A stretch of DNA of 64,000 nt from Patescibacteria group bacterium (GTDB lineage: Bacteria; Patescibacteriota; Patescibacteriia; UM-FILTER-42-10), in contig JBAYKW010000005.1 of assembly GCA_041664365.1 (NCBI GenBank), forward strand, positions 29,204 through 93,203. Direction: 5' to 3'. This document shows, piece by piece, positions 55,366-64,000 of the stretch; within the stretch, counting starts at the first letter, position 1, and each line of letters opens with the position of its first letter. The position numbers and the translations under genes were made by a program. The notes beneath the pieces are model-generated. The model was given only the letters and a program-made list of their open reading frames with translations. It was not told the DNA's origin and searched no databases.

Positions 55366-56934
55366 TTAAATCAAAGAACGGCCGGTCATCTCCGCCGGGC
55401 GATCAAAACCCAGAATCTGCAAAATTGTCGGCGCAACATCGGCCAGCATACCAACCGGACGCAAACCGGATAAATCATGGCTCTGCAAAGTATTCTGCCC
55501 CTCCCATTGTTTACCGATCAGAATAAACGGCACCGGATTTGCCGAATGCTCCTTAATAATATCTCCCGTTTGCGCATTCATCATTTCTTCAGCATTACCA
55601 TGATCTGCCGTTATTGCAACCACGCCATTCATATCGAGAGTCACCTGGACAATATCCTTTAAAGCTTCATCGACAACTTCCACCGCCTTGACCGCCGCTT
55701 TCAGATTTCCGGTATGACCAACCATATCAACATTTGCCAGATTAATAACAATCAATTTATATTTTTTTGTTAACGTTTCCTGTACAACCCGATCTTTAAT
55801 CTCCCTTGTTGACATTGCCGGTTTCTGGTCATAACTCGAAACATGTGGTGAAGGGATTAATACTCGATCCTCTCCTTCATACGCAGACTCTTTTCCACCG
55901 TTAAAAAAGAAAGTAACATGCGGGTATTTTTCTGTTTCAGCGATATGTAGCTGTTTAAAACCGTTATCGGCAATTACCTTGGAAAGCGGCGTGGTAATCT
56001 CAACCGGAGGATACGCTATGGCGCTAACCGGCAGATCTTTTTCAAATTCCGTCATTGTTACAAAAAATAGATTGCTAATTTCGCGTTTCCTAGGAAATTT
56101 TTCAAACCCGGGCAAAACAAATGCCTTTGTCAGCTGTCTGGTGCGATCCGGACGAAAGTTAAAGAAAATTACCGCATCATTATCCTGGACGGTTGCAGTC
56201 GGCTTACCATTTTCTGTAATTACAGTTGGTAAAAATTCCTCATCAAAAATATTTTGCTCATAAGATTTTTTAATGATTGCAATCGGATCATCTGCAGTTT
56301 GTTCTGAAATACCGTCTACAATTGCATTATACGATTTTTCAATACGATCCCAACGATTATCGCGGTCCATGGCATAAAATCTTCCCGCGAGTGATGCTAT
56401 TTTACCGATTCCCAAATCTTCAATTCTGCGCTTTAATTGCAGTATGAATTCTTCCGCGGTATTTTTTGCTGTATCACGACCGTCTAAAAAAGCGTGAATA
56501 AAAACATTTTGCAGTCCATTATCTTTGCAGAGCTCGAGCAGAGCATACAGATGCTCCTCTGAACTATGGACTCCACCGTCGGATACCAGACCCATAATAT
56601 GCAGAGCTGAATTATTATCCTTCACATGTTTAACTGCGGAAAGAAATGCCTCATTTTTGAAAAAACTGCTGTCAGCTATTGATTTTATTATCCTTGGCAA
56701 TGACTGATATACTATTCTGCCGGTACCGATGCTAAGATGACCGACTTCCGAATTACCCATTTCTCCCCATGGCAAACCTACCAACTCTCCGGAAGACTGC
56801 AAGGCCATCGTAGGATAAGTGGATACTATTTTATCTAAATTTGGCGTTACCGCGACACTAATTGCATTTCCACGTCGTGGCGGGGCAATACCAAATCCGT
56901 CAATAATAATCAAAGTGACAAAATCAGCGTTCAT
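55366..56934 (-). CDS. gpmI: 2,3-bisphosphoglycerate-independent phosphoglycerate mutase
   Basis: VTLIIIDGFGIAP N-terminus. Alkaline-phosphatase-like core. Length 522 aa. Confidence 0.9.
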   Translation of the reverse strand: MNADFVTLIIIDGFGIAPPRRGNAISVAVTPNLDKIVSTYPTMALQSSGELVGLPWGEMGNSEVGHLSIGTGRIVYQSLPRIIKSIADSSFFKNEAFLSAVKHVKDNNSALHIMGLVSDGGVHSSEEHLYALLELCKDNGLQNVFIHAFLDGRDTAKNTAEEFILQLKRRIEDLGIGKIASLAGRFYAMDRDNRWDRIEKSYNAIVDGISEQTADDPIAIIKKSYEQNIFDEEFLPTVITENGKPTATVQDNDAVIFFNFRPDRTRQLTKAFVLPGFEKFPRKREISNLFFVTMTEFEKDLPVSAIAYPPVEITTPLSKVIADNGFKQLHIAETEKYPHVTFFFNGGKESAYEGEDRVLIPSPHVSSYDQKPAMSTREIKDRVVQETLTKKYKLIVINLANVDMVGHTGNLKAAVKAVEVVDEALKDIVQVTLDMNGVVAITADHGNAEEMMNAQTGDIIKEHSANPVPFILIGKQWEGQNTLQSHDLSGLRPVGMLADVAPTILQILGFDRPAEMTGRSLI

Positions 56935-58499
56935 TAAAGCAGGCTTTTTAGTTTCATTAGTTTTGGCTTTTCAATATTCATAATTTCTAAAATAGTTGGT
57001 GCGACATTTCCCAATACACCTTCCGGCAGATTTTTCCTTTTCGTGATTTTTTTATCGGAACTGACTATAATAAACGGAACAGGATTGGAAGAATGTTTTG
57101 TATCAACTTCTCCGGTTTTCAGATTGATCATGTCTTCGGCATTACCATGATCAGCTGTGATGATAACCGTTCCTTTCTGTTTTTGCACCTGCTGAACTAT
57201 TCTGCCGATGCATTTGTCAGTAAATTCGACGCCTTTGACTGTCGCCTCCAGATTTCCGGTATGTCCTACCATATCCGGATTGGCAAAATTTAAGGCAATA
57301 AAATCCTGTGACTTTGTTTTGAGTTTTTGCAGAACAATACTGGTTATTTTTCCGGCACTCATTTCTGGTTTTTCATCAAAATGTTTTACGGATGTAGACG
57401 GTACGGTGATTCTATTCTCTCCGCCCACAGGATCTGAATAACCGCCGTTAAAGAAATAGGTCATATGCGCATACTTTTGCCCTTCAGCAACATATAATTG
57501 ACGTACATTCCGTAGAGCCATCGGCAATGTATCCCTGATATCCATGGAAGGATAAGCGGTCAGCATTCCCTCAAGATCGGGTCCGAAATCAGTCATGGCC
57601 ACAAAAATAATATTTTTTAAAACCTTTTTCCGCTCAAAGCTTTTTGAATTCTTTGTGTTGAATTTATTTTGGATAAATGGCTTAGCTAACTGACGCGCCC
57701 TGTCTGAACGCAGATTATAGAAAATCACCGAGTCGTTGTCAGAAATCGGTTTACCGCCTTTCATAATACTTGGCGTGACGAATTCATCCGTCTCCCCCCT
57801 GTTGTATGCCTGCAAAATTGCCTGCTGTGGACTGTCAGTTTTTAGACCTTCCCCCAATACTAGGGCGTTATATGCCCGCTGGGTAATATCCCAGTTTTTT
57901 GTCCGGTCCAAATAGTATCGTCCCATCACTGTAGAAATAATCTCATTTCTATTCAGTTTTTTTTCAATTTTTTTAATCAACTTTATAGCGAAATAGCGGT
58001 TAGAATCCCTGCCGTCCGTGAAAAAATGCAGAAAAACATTATATACTCTTTTTCGCCGCGCAAGTTCAATCAGAGCCGTCAAATGGTCCGGACTCATGTG
58101 CGGACATTGATCACCGGAGATAATACCCATTAAATGCAGATTGGATTTATATTTGTTTACATGTTGCACCGCCTCCGAAAAACCTGGATTCCGATAGAAC
58201 GTACCATTAATGATGCTTTTTGTGATAATAACAGAATCCTGATCCACAATTCTGCCGGCGCCAATATTCATATGACCAGCTTCCGAATTACCATCCTGTT
58301 TTGCCGGCAGCCCCACATACCTACCATAAGACTTTAGCTTGGTGTGCGGATATTTTTTCCACAAACGGTCCATTACAGGTGTCCTTGCCAGCTCAATCGC
58401 ATTACTTTCGGAAGCGGGAGCGATCCCCCAGCCGTCGAGCACAATTAAGACAGTAGGTTTATAATGTGATACTTTTTTTCTTTTTATCTTTGTTGGCAT
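56934..58499 (-). CDS. gpmI: 2,3-bisphosphoglycerate-independent phosphoglycerate mutase, tandem paralog
   Basis: VLIVLDGWGIAPASESNAI. 521 aa and clearly homologous to the downstream copy. Confidence 0.9.
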   Translation of the reverse strand: MPTKIKRKKVSHYKPTVLIVLDGWGIAPASESNAIELARTPVMDRLWKKYPHTKLKSYGRYVGLPAKQDGNSEAGHMNIGAGRIVDQDSVIITKSIINGTFYRNPGFSEAVQHVNKYKSNLHLMGIISGDQCPHMSPDHLTALIELARRKRVYNVFLHFFTDGRDSNRYFAIKLIKKIEKKLNRNEIISTVMGRYYLDRTKNWDITQRAYNALVLGEGLKTDSPQQAILQAYNRGETDEFVTPSIMKGGKPISDNDSVIFYNLRSDRARQLAKPFIQNKFNTKNSKSFERKKVLKNIIFVAMTDFGPDLEGMLTAYPSMDIRDTLPMALRNVRQLYVAEGQKYAHMTYFFNGGYSDPVGGENRITVPSTSVKHFDEKPEMSAGKITSIVLQKLKTKSQDFIALNFANPDMVGHTGNLEATVKGVEFTDKCIGRIVQQVQKQKGTVIITADHGNAEDMINLKTGEVDTKHSSNPVPFIIVSSDKKITKRKNLPEGVLGNVAPTILEIMNIEKPKLMKLKSLL

Positions 58500-58592
58500 T
58501 TTTTATTAGTAATCAGTAATTTGGTAATTGGTAACTGGTAATTTGGTAATAAGTAATCTGTAATTAGTAAGTAATGTGTGAATTACCAATTA
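58500..58592. repeat. Degenerate tandem TTGGTAAT-type repeats with an embedded inverted repeat (GGTAATTGGTAAC ... ATTACCAATTAC) between eno and gpmI
   Basis: Seen directly: taatcagtaatttggtaattggtaactggtaatttggtaataagtaatctgtaattagtaag...gaattaccaattacttattac. Confidence 0.5.
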
Positions 58593-59864
58593 CTTATTAC
58601 TATCGTTTACTTCCTCCTCAATCTCCATCAGTCGGTTGTATTTAACAATTCTCTCTCCTCGGGAAAGCGAACCGGTTTTAATATATTCCGAATTCACAGC
58701 AACACTCAAATCAGCAATAAAAGTATCAGCAGTTTCCCCGGAACGGTGGGATATTACAGTCTTGTATCCGTTTTCCTTCGCTAACCGGATGCAGTCCAGA
58801 GTTTCTGTCAGAGTGCCGATCTGATTCAGTTTAATCAGAATGGAGTTGGCGATTCCTTTATCAATACCCTTTTTAAACCGAGTAATATTGGTCACAAATA
58901 AATCATCCCCGACCAACATCATTTTATCCTTCAGTTTTTTAGTCATTGACTGCCAGCCGTCCCAGTCGTCTTCAGTCAGCCCATCTTCAATTGAGATAAT
59001 CGGGTAGCTTGCTTGCCAATCCGCATACATAGTGATCATATCTTCAGCCGTCATACTGTGCTGCTCCGGTTGAATCAGATATTTATTGGAAGATGCGTTA
59101 TGGAATTCTGAAGCGGCGACATCCAGTGCAAAAGAAACATTTTTTCCTATTTCGTATTGTGTTTTACTGACCGCCATCATGATTAAATTCATTGCCTCCT
59201 TATGCGACTGCACTTTCGGTGCAAATCCTCCCTCATCACCCACCATCACTGACAGTTTATTATTTTCTAACACCACTTTTAACGAATGGAAAATTTCAGC
59301 TCCCATCCGTACGCATTCTTTGAAACTGTCCGCTTTCGGCACAATCATAAATTCCTGCACGCTCAATTTATTATCGGCATGCTGACCGCCGTTGATAATA
59401 TTCATCATCGGCAAGGGAAAAGAATACTTCCCCTTTATTTTTGCTAAGTTCCGCAGATATTCATACAAAGGAATTTTTACTGATTTTGCTGATGCCCGGG
59501 CATAGGCCAGGGAAACACTCAAAATTGCATTAGCACCAAGTTTAGCTTTATTCTCTGTTGCATCCAACTCAATCATCTTTTTATCCAATTCCTCCTGTTT
59601 ACCTAAGGCAAATTCCTTCAAAACCGGAGCTATTTTGAAATTTACATTTTCTACCGCTTTTAAAACACCTTTGCCCAAATAGCGGTCCGGATCAGCATCC
59701 CGCAGTTCCAATGCCTCATAAGTACCGGTTGAAGAGCCGGATGGAATAGCGGCAATGCCGATGCTGCCGTCTGACGCAATAACCTTAGCTTCAATGGTGG
59801 GATTGCCGCGTGAATCCAGAATTTCGCGCGCAAATATTTCTTTGATTTTAACTGCATGGGTCAT
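58590..59864 (-). CDS. eno: Enolase
   Basis: IFAREILDSRGNPTIEA N-terminus. Length 424 aa. Confidence 0.95.
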   Translation of the reverse strand: MTHAVKIKEIFAREILDSRGNPTIEAKVIASDGSIGIAAIPSGSSTGTYEALELRDADPDRYLGKGVLKAVENVNFKIAPVLKEFALGKQEELDKKMIELDATENKAKLGANAILSVSLAYARASAKSVKIPLYEYLRNLAKIKGKYSFPLPMMNIINGGQHADNKLSVQEFMIVPKADSFKECVRMGAEIFHSLKVVLENNKLSVMVGDEGGFAPKVQSHKEAMNLIMMAVSKTQYEIGKNVSFALDVAASEFHNASSNKYLIQPEQHSMTAEDMITMYADWQASYPIISIEDGLTEDDWDGWQSMTKKLKDKMMLVGDDLFVTNITRFKKGIDKGIANSILIKLNQIGTLTETLDCIRLAKENGYKTVISHRSGETADTFIADLSVAVNSEYIKTGSLSRGERIVKYNRLMEIEEEVNDSNK

Positions 59865-59972
59865 GGGTTTTTGCTTAGGAGTTAGTTATTGGTAACTAGT
59901 AATTTGTAATTGGTAACTACAAGCTATTGATTAAAAATTACGATTTACTAATTACGAATTACAAGTTACTTG

Positions 59973-61214
59973 TTACAAATTCGGCAACAAAGCAACCACC
60001 GGCAGTTCTTTGCCGGACAGGAATTCTAATGAAGCGCCACCGCCGGTTGAGACGTGTGTGAATTTGCCTTCCAGATTAAACATTTTAACAATCTTCTCCG
60101 TGTCACCACCCCCTACGATAGACGTGGCACCGCTGTTTATAATGGCATCGGCAATTTCTTTCGTGCCTTTGGCAAATTCTGCTTCTTCAAACAAGCCCAT
60201 CGGGCCGTTCCAGAAAACAGTTTTTGAGGCGGAAATAATTTTCCGGTATTCTTCAATAGTTTGGGGACCGATATCAAGGTACGTCCATTTTTCCGGCAGT
60301 GTTTCTTTTTTATTAATATCCACCACTTTGTTTTCCGTCGGTGCTTCAATTGAGTTCGCAGCAACTAAATCTAAAGGTAGCTGTATAAAATCCCCTCCTT
60401 GAAATGAAGTTTTATCCGCAGTCTTTTCCAGCAGATCTTTTGCCGATTCCGAAGCAGTTTTTGTCGCATCAATCCCGACATCTTCCACAAATGACCCCTG
60501 AATATCTACATTCTGGGCTTTTAAAAATGCATTAGCCATCGCTCCGCCGATTAAAATAGAATCGGCTAGGGATAAAAGATTATTGGTAGTTTCCAGTTTG
60601 TCAGAAATCTTCGCTCCGCCCAATACCACAGTAAAAGGCCTGGCCGGATTATTCAGCATTTTGGAAAGTACATCCAATTCTTTTTCCATCAGAAAACCGG
60701 CGACGACTTCCTTGCCCTGTTTCAGAATTCCGGTTGTTGATGAATGAACGCGGTGCGCCTGTGCGAAGGCATCAAATACAATCAAATCCCCAAGACTGGC
60801 CAGCTTTCTGGAGAATTCTGCGTCTTCTTTCTGTTCTTCGGGATGAAAACGGACATTTTCCAGCATTATAATCTCACCGGGTTTCAGATCAGCCACCGCT
60901 TTTTCTACCTCCGGACCGACACAGTCATCCATCTTTTTTACCGGTCTTTTGATCAATTCTGACAGCTTTTCCGCTACTGGATCCATCCTAAATTTATCAA
61001 CTACTTTCCCTTCGGGCCTTTTTAACCACGAAAGAAGGACTAAACTGCAGTCCTTTTCTAATAAATATTCAATTGTCGGTAAAGTGGCTTTGATTCTGGA
61101 ATCATCCGGAACAATCCACTTGCCGTCTTTTTCTTTCAGTGAAATATCATATGCCACGCGCAAAAGCACCTTTTTACCCTGGACATCGATATCTCTGATT
61201 GTTTTTTTAGGCAT
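59973..61214 (-). CDS. pgk: Phosphoglycerate kinase
   Basis: KKVLLRVAYD...Rossmann. C-terminus GGGASLEFLSGKELP. Confidence 0.95.
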   Translation of the reverse strand: MPKKTIRDIDVQGKKVLLRVAYDISLKEKDGKWIVPDDSRIKATLPTIEYLLEKDCSLVLLSWLKRPEGKVVDKFRMDPVAEKLSELIKRPVKKMDDCVGPEVEKAVADLKPGEIIMLENVRFHPEEQKEDAEFSRKLASLGDLIVFDAFAQAHRVHSSTTGILKQGKEVVAGFLMEKELDVLSKMLNNPARPFTVVLGGAKISDKLETTNNLLSLADSILIGGAMANAFLKAQNVDIQGSFVEDVGIDATKTASESAKDLLEKTADKTSFQGGDFIQLPLDLVAANSIEAPTENKVVDINKKETLPEKWTYLDIGPQTIEEYRKIISASKTVFWNGPMGLFEEAEFAKGTKEIADAIINSGATSIVGGGDTEKIVKMFNLEGKFTHVSTGGGASLEFLSGKELPVVALLPNL

Positions 61215-61327
61215 AGGTTAAAAAGGCTAAATGTTCAAATAAAAAATGTGGATAATCATGTGAAATATTATCCTAATATAACAAATTTTCTGACTTATGT
61301 CACGCTGATTCCGTTTGCATTGCCAAA

Positions 61328-61357
61328 TTGACATATACACAACATGTGATTTATAAT
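61328..61357 (+). promoter_or_regulatory. Sigma70-like promoter (TTGACA, 17-nt spacer, TTATAAT) upstream of the paralog pair
   Basis: ttgacatatacacaacatgtgatttataat. Confidence 0.45.
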
Positions 61358-61520
61358 TTAAGCACAATCAAGATGAATTGGGCGTTCTCGTTGGTCACGT
61401 TTTGTGACATTGAACGCTCTTTTTAGTTTAACGGTCTGTGACGCACACTAATAGTGCTAATACCCTAGATTTCTTTCATTATTCAGCATACAATTTAAAT
61501 ATTATCATTAATATAAAATC

Positions 61521-62057
61521 ATGGATTCAACGCCTAAAATTAGAAAAATATGGCTTCCAAAACACAGCATAGTATACTGGTTTATAACTGTAATAATATT
61601 AGTAATAGTCACAATAGTTACTACCATGTTTTACCGGCATTATTTTGACCGATTTGATATCAATCACGTTACTCCTAATGATAACTTCGAATTCTCCGAC
61701 GAGATAACTTGTGAAGTTGTTTATTCCACATTTAAACCTATCCAAGAAGAGAGTTTTAAATTTTTTGAAATCCCAACATTTACACTTAGTAGACTTTCTT
61801 CCGAAAACCCAGTTATGGATTTTGATGGGAGACAATATGATCTGGAAAAAACGAAGGAAAGCAATTTCACTGCTACCTATCAAGTTAAGCTACCTGAAGG
61901 ATTTGGAGAAGATATAGTTGAAATCATCCAAGTAATAAAAGATACGGGGACATTTGTACGAACTTTTATGGGACAAAAACAATATTTCGGCGGACGAGAA
62001 GCACTTCATCCTGAAATGTTCCAATATGTTGTATCACAAAAAGGACGATGTGAATAG
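61521..62057 (+). CDS. Hypothetical membrane-anchored protein (N-terminal TM, two conserved Cys), paralog A
   Basis: N-terminal TM helix. ITCEVVYST. C-terminal TGTFVRTFMG...QKGRCE shared with the next ORF. Confidence 0.5.
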   Translation: MDSTPKIRKIWLPKHSIVYWFITVIILVIVTIVTTMFYRHYFDRFDINHVTPNDNFEFSDEITCEVVYSTFKPIQEESFKFFEIPTFTLSRLSSENPVMDFDGRQYDLEKTKESNFTATYQVKLPEGFGEDIVEIIQVIKDTGTFVRTFMGQKQYFGGREALHPEMFQYVVSQKGRCE

Positions 62058-62089
62058 TAATTTGTACTTAAATCTATGATTATAATATT

Positions 62090-62998
62090 ATGGAATCAAC
62101 CCCAGAAAGCAAAAGAGTATTCAAACTGAATAAAAGCAAGCTATATTGGACAATACTAATGATTATCCTATTTGCCATCGTTTTAATTGTTGATCGATTC
62201 TATCAAAAAGAATTCAATCGTTTTGATGATTTACAAATTTCACCAAAAGGAAGTATTAAGGATAAAGATTCAATTACCTGTCACGTAATTCATAGCACTC
62301 GCGAAAATGGGAACGCTTCATTAAACGAAGCGATTGCGGAACTCCAGACGGCAGAGACCGACGAAGATGTTACCGCAATCCTCGACCGGTATCCAAAAGC
62401 AGTGCGAGATGAGCTTCAAGCCATGGGCGAGAAAGAATCCGATTCTGTATCCACAGAACCCGAACCGTGGACCGGACCAGCCGTCGACGCGGTTATGGAA
62501 ACTTTCGGCAAGAGTCGAAACGAGATCATTGCAGTTCAGAGGATGGATATTCTGGAAAACGGCGTTCCTGTCGACAGCGTGGAAGCGGTGATCACCGACA
62601 AAGAGGAGTGGTACTACTACCGCATCGCTGACGGCACACTCAGCACAGAACTGCCAACAAGCAGGGCGGACACTACTAAGATCGACACCTATGACACTGA
62701 GATTGATGAATACAAAGAACCTCTCGACCGCTGGGATTATCAATGGCAGTATGAGTTTCCTGGTTTTGAAATAGTTGGTCTAAATTCAGACGTTGTACAG
62801 CTTGTAATAAATGGAAGACCGTGGGGCACATGGTATGTACAACACAACAGTGAAGGCTATATCACATTAATGAGTGAACCATACTGGAATATGGATTCAA
62901 TCGGCATAAGTAAAACTACCGGCACATTTGTGCGAACGATGCACGGCATAAATGGTGAAGAACAATACGCCATCGCTCAAAAAGGATGGTGCGAATAA
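62090..62998 (+). CDS. Hypothetical membrane-anchored protein, paralog B, with a roughly 430-bp GC-rich acidic insertion
   Basis: Same N-terminal module (ITCHVIHST) and C-terminal module (TGTFVRTMHG...QKGWCE) as paralog A. The middle 62330-62760 is about 55-60% GC and encodes an acidic hydrophilic segment. Confidence 0.5.
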   Translation: MESTPESKRVFKLNKSKLYWTILMIILFAIVLIVDRFYQKEFNRFDDLQISPKGSIKDKDSITCHVIHSTRENGNASLNEAIAELQTAETDEDVTAILDRYPKAVRDELQAMGEKESDSVSTEPEPWTGPAVDAVMETFGKSRNEIIAVQRMDILENGVPVDSVEAVITDKEEWYYYRIADGTLSTELPTSRADTTKIDTYDTEIDEYKEPLDRWDYQWQYEFPGFEIVGLNSDVVQLVINGRPWGTWYVQHNSEGYITLMSEPYWNMDSIGISKTTGTFVRTMHGINGEEQYAIAQKGWCE

Positions 62999-63039
62999 AT
63001 AGTAGTGCCCATTACGAGTCCTATCCGCCATCGGCGGAA

Positions 63040-63101
63040 GGCGAAGCAATCCCGATTCCTAACAAATCATGATTACCATTGTTGAGCGGGATTGCTTCGC
63101 C
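63040..63101 (+). other. GC-rich hairpin (perfect 15-bp stem, 32-nt loop)
   Basis: GGCGAAGCAATCCCG ... CGGGATTGCTTCGCC. Flanked by smaller hairpins CCGCCatcGGCGG and CTCGCtaaGCGAG. Confidence 0.45.
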
Positions 63102-63145
63102 TCGCTAAGCGAGACTCGCAATGGTTGCTGTTTATTACGCTAAAT

Positions 63146-63177
63146 AAAAAGCGCGGATAGAAGTCCGCGTTTTTTAG
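63146..63177. terminator. Bidirectional rho-independent terminator
   Basis: AAAAA-GCGCGGAtagaagTCCGCG-TTTTTT between convergent genes. Confidence 0.7.
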
Positions 63178-63191
63178 AGTTAGAAATATAT

Positions 63192-63929
63192 TTATAGGTT
63201 ATTCTCAAAGAAACCGTTCACCTTCGCCTCATACAATGTTTTCTCATTGAAATAAGCCTCGCCATGATCCGCACCTTCAATTTCCCATAGTTCCGAATTA
63301 CCCTGGGACACTCCAAAAATTTGCCTGGAGTGTTCAACCGGAATCTCCTGATCGGCTGTCCCGTGAATTAACAGCAATGGTGTTTTGCTTTGTGCTGCCG
63401 CTTTGATCGTCGAGACATCACCAGGTTTTATCCCAATCCGCCAATTCGCCCACTGTTCCAGAGACCAGATCATCGGTTGCTGGAGAAAACCGAACTTTGC
63501 AAACATATTATTTACCAATAAATCCAAAGAAGCATAGGCGCTGTCGGCAACAATCGCTTTGATTCTGGGATCGACACTACCATGCATAATTCCGACCGCA
63601 CCGCCCATGGAAAATCCCATCACGCCAATTTTCTCCTGGTCAATATCGGTACGCGTGTTTAAATAATCAACCGCCGCCTTAAGATCCTTTTTTTCATTCC
63701 AGCCAATTGTTGTATATTTTCCTTCGCTGGATCCGAAGTAACGGAAATCAAACAGTAAAACATTATACTTATCTTGCAGGAACAGCGACCAGTTTAAGGC
63801 ATCCGCTTTATTAGCCGGATAACCGTGCATAACAATTATCGTACCCCGCGCGTCTAATCCTGCGGGCAAAAACCAGCCCGCTAATCTCAAATTATCTTCT
63901 GTTTGAAAATATACGTCTTCATAAATCAC
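63192..63929 (-). CDS. Alpha/beta hydrolase (dienelactone hydrolase/S9-like)
   Basis: Nucleophile elbow GFSMGG. C-terminal HGTADQEIP and ADHGE. Confidence 0.7.
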   Translation of the reverse strand: MIYEDVYFQTEDNLRLAGWFLPAGLDARGTIIVMHGYPANKADALNWSLFLQDKYNVLLFDFRYFGSSEGKYTTIGWNEKKDLKAAVDYLNTRTDIDQEKIGVMGFSMGGAVGIMHGSVDPRIKAIVADSAYASLDLLVNNMFAKFGFLQQPMIWSLEQWANWRIGIKPGDVSTIKAAAQSKTPLLLIHGTADQEIPVEHSRQIFGVSQGNSELWEIEGADHGEAYFNEKTLYEAKVNGFFENNL

Positions 63930-64000
63930 GTTGTAATTGGCAGGTGTTATTGTATAATCTGTTTGCCTGGGGTGAGTAACATTGTAATACGCAAAAAATG

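Noticed and set aside
58500-58592. Possible CRISPR array, suggested by the short tandem TTGGTAAT-like repeats
   Set aside because: Repeat units are only about 7-8 nt and degenerate. There are no 25-40 nt spacers and no cas genes. It is a simple-sequence repeat or inverted-repeat region.

Overview
The window is AT-rich and gene-dense. It lacks Shine-Dalgarno sequences on most native genes, and its set of cell-envelope, fermentation and lower-glycolysis genes suggests a small Patescibacteria/CPR-like genome. Identifiable content falls into six groups:

- **SOS module:** lexA, two tandem paralogous 82-aa ORFs, then dinB (Y-family polymerase).
- **Cell division and envelope:** ftsE/ftsX, an RlpA-like protein, FtsB, murJ, lepA, and an exopolysaccharide locus (three GT4 glycosyltransferases, a Wzz-like protein, a polyprenyl sugar phosphotransferase).
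- **Two-component system:** a sensor histidine kinase and a response regulator, with a standalone 7TM protein encoded divergently.
- **DNA/RNA processing:** rnhA, recJ and an RNase P RNA (rnpB) that the ORF track cannot show.
- **Fermentative block (minus strand):** korAB, Nudix, ackA, pduL, a PfkB kinase, two tandem gpmI, eno, pgk.
- **tRNAs:** three are present (Gln-TTG, Gly-CCC, Thr-CGT).

Set into this background are segments of about 60% GC whose genes carry strong GGAGG ribosome-binding sites:

- **About 3.95-7.65 kb:** a Nudix hydrolase, a POT peptide transporter and two small membrane proteins.
- **About 11.98-16.5 kb:** a C25-like peptidase with a T9SS-type C-terminal sorting domain, a secreted protein and an atypical receiver domain.
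- **36.08-36.72 kb:** a 0.64-kb block with no clear coding assignment, embedded in a 1.9-kb highly structured non-coding region.
- **62.33-62.76 kb:** a GC-rich insertion inside one of two paralogous membrane-protein genes.

The window also contains:

- A three-copy hairpin-plus-promoter repeat.
- An IS200-like Y1 (RAYT-like) gene with nearby GCCGTC-type repeats.
- A new-looking N-terminal domain shared by a DacA-like carboxypeptidase and the RlpA-like protein.
- Several GC-rich long-loop hairpins.
- G-poor repeat-containing 5' leaders.

No CRISPR array was seen.
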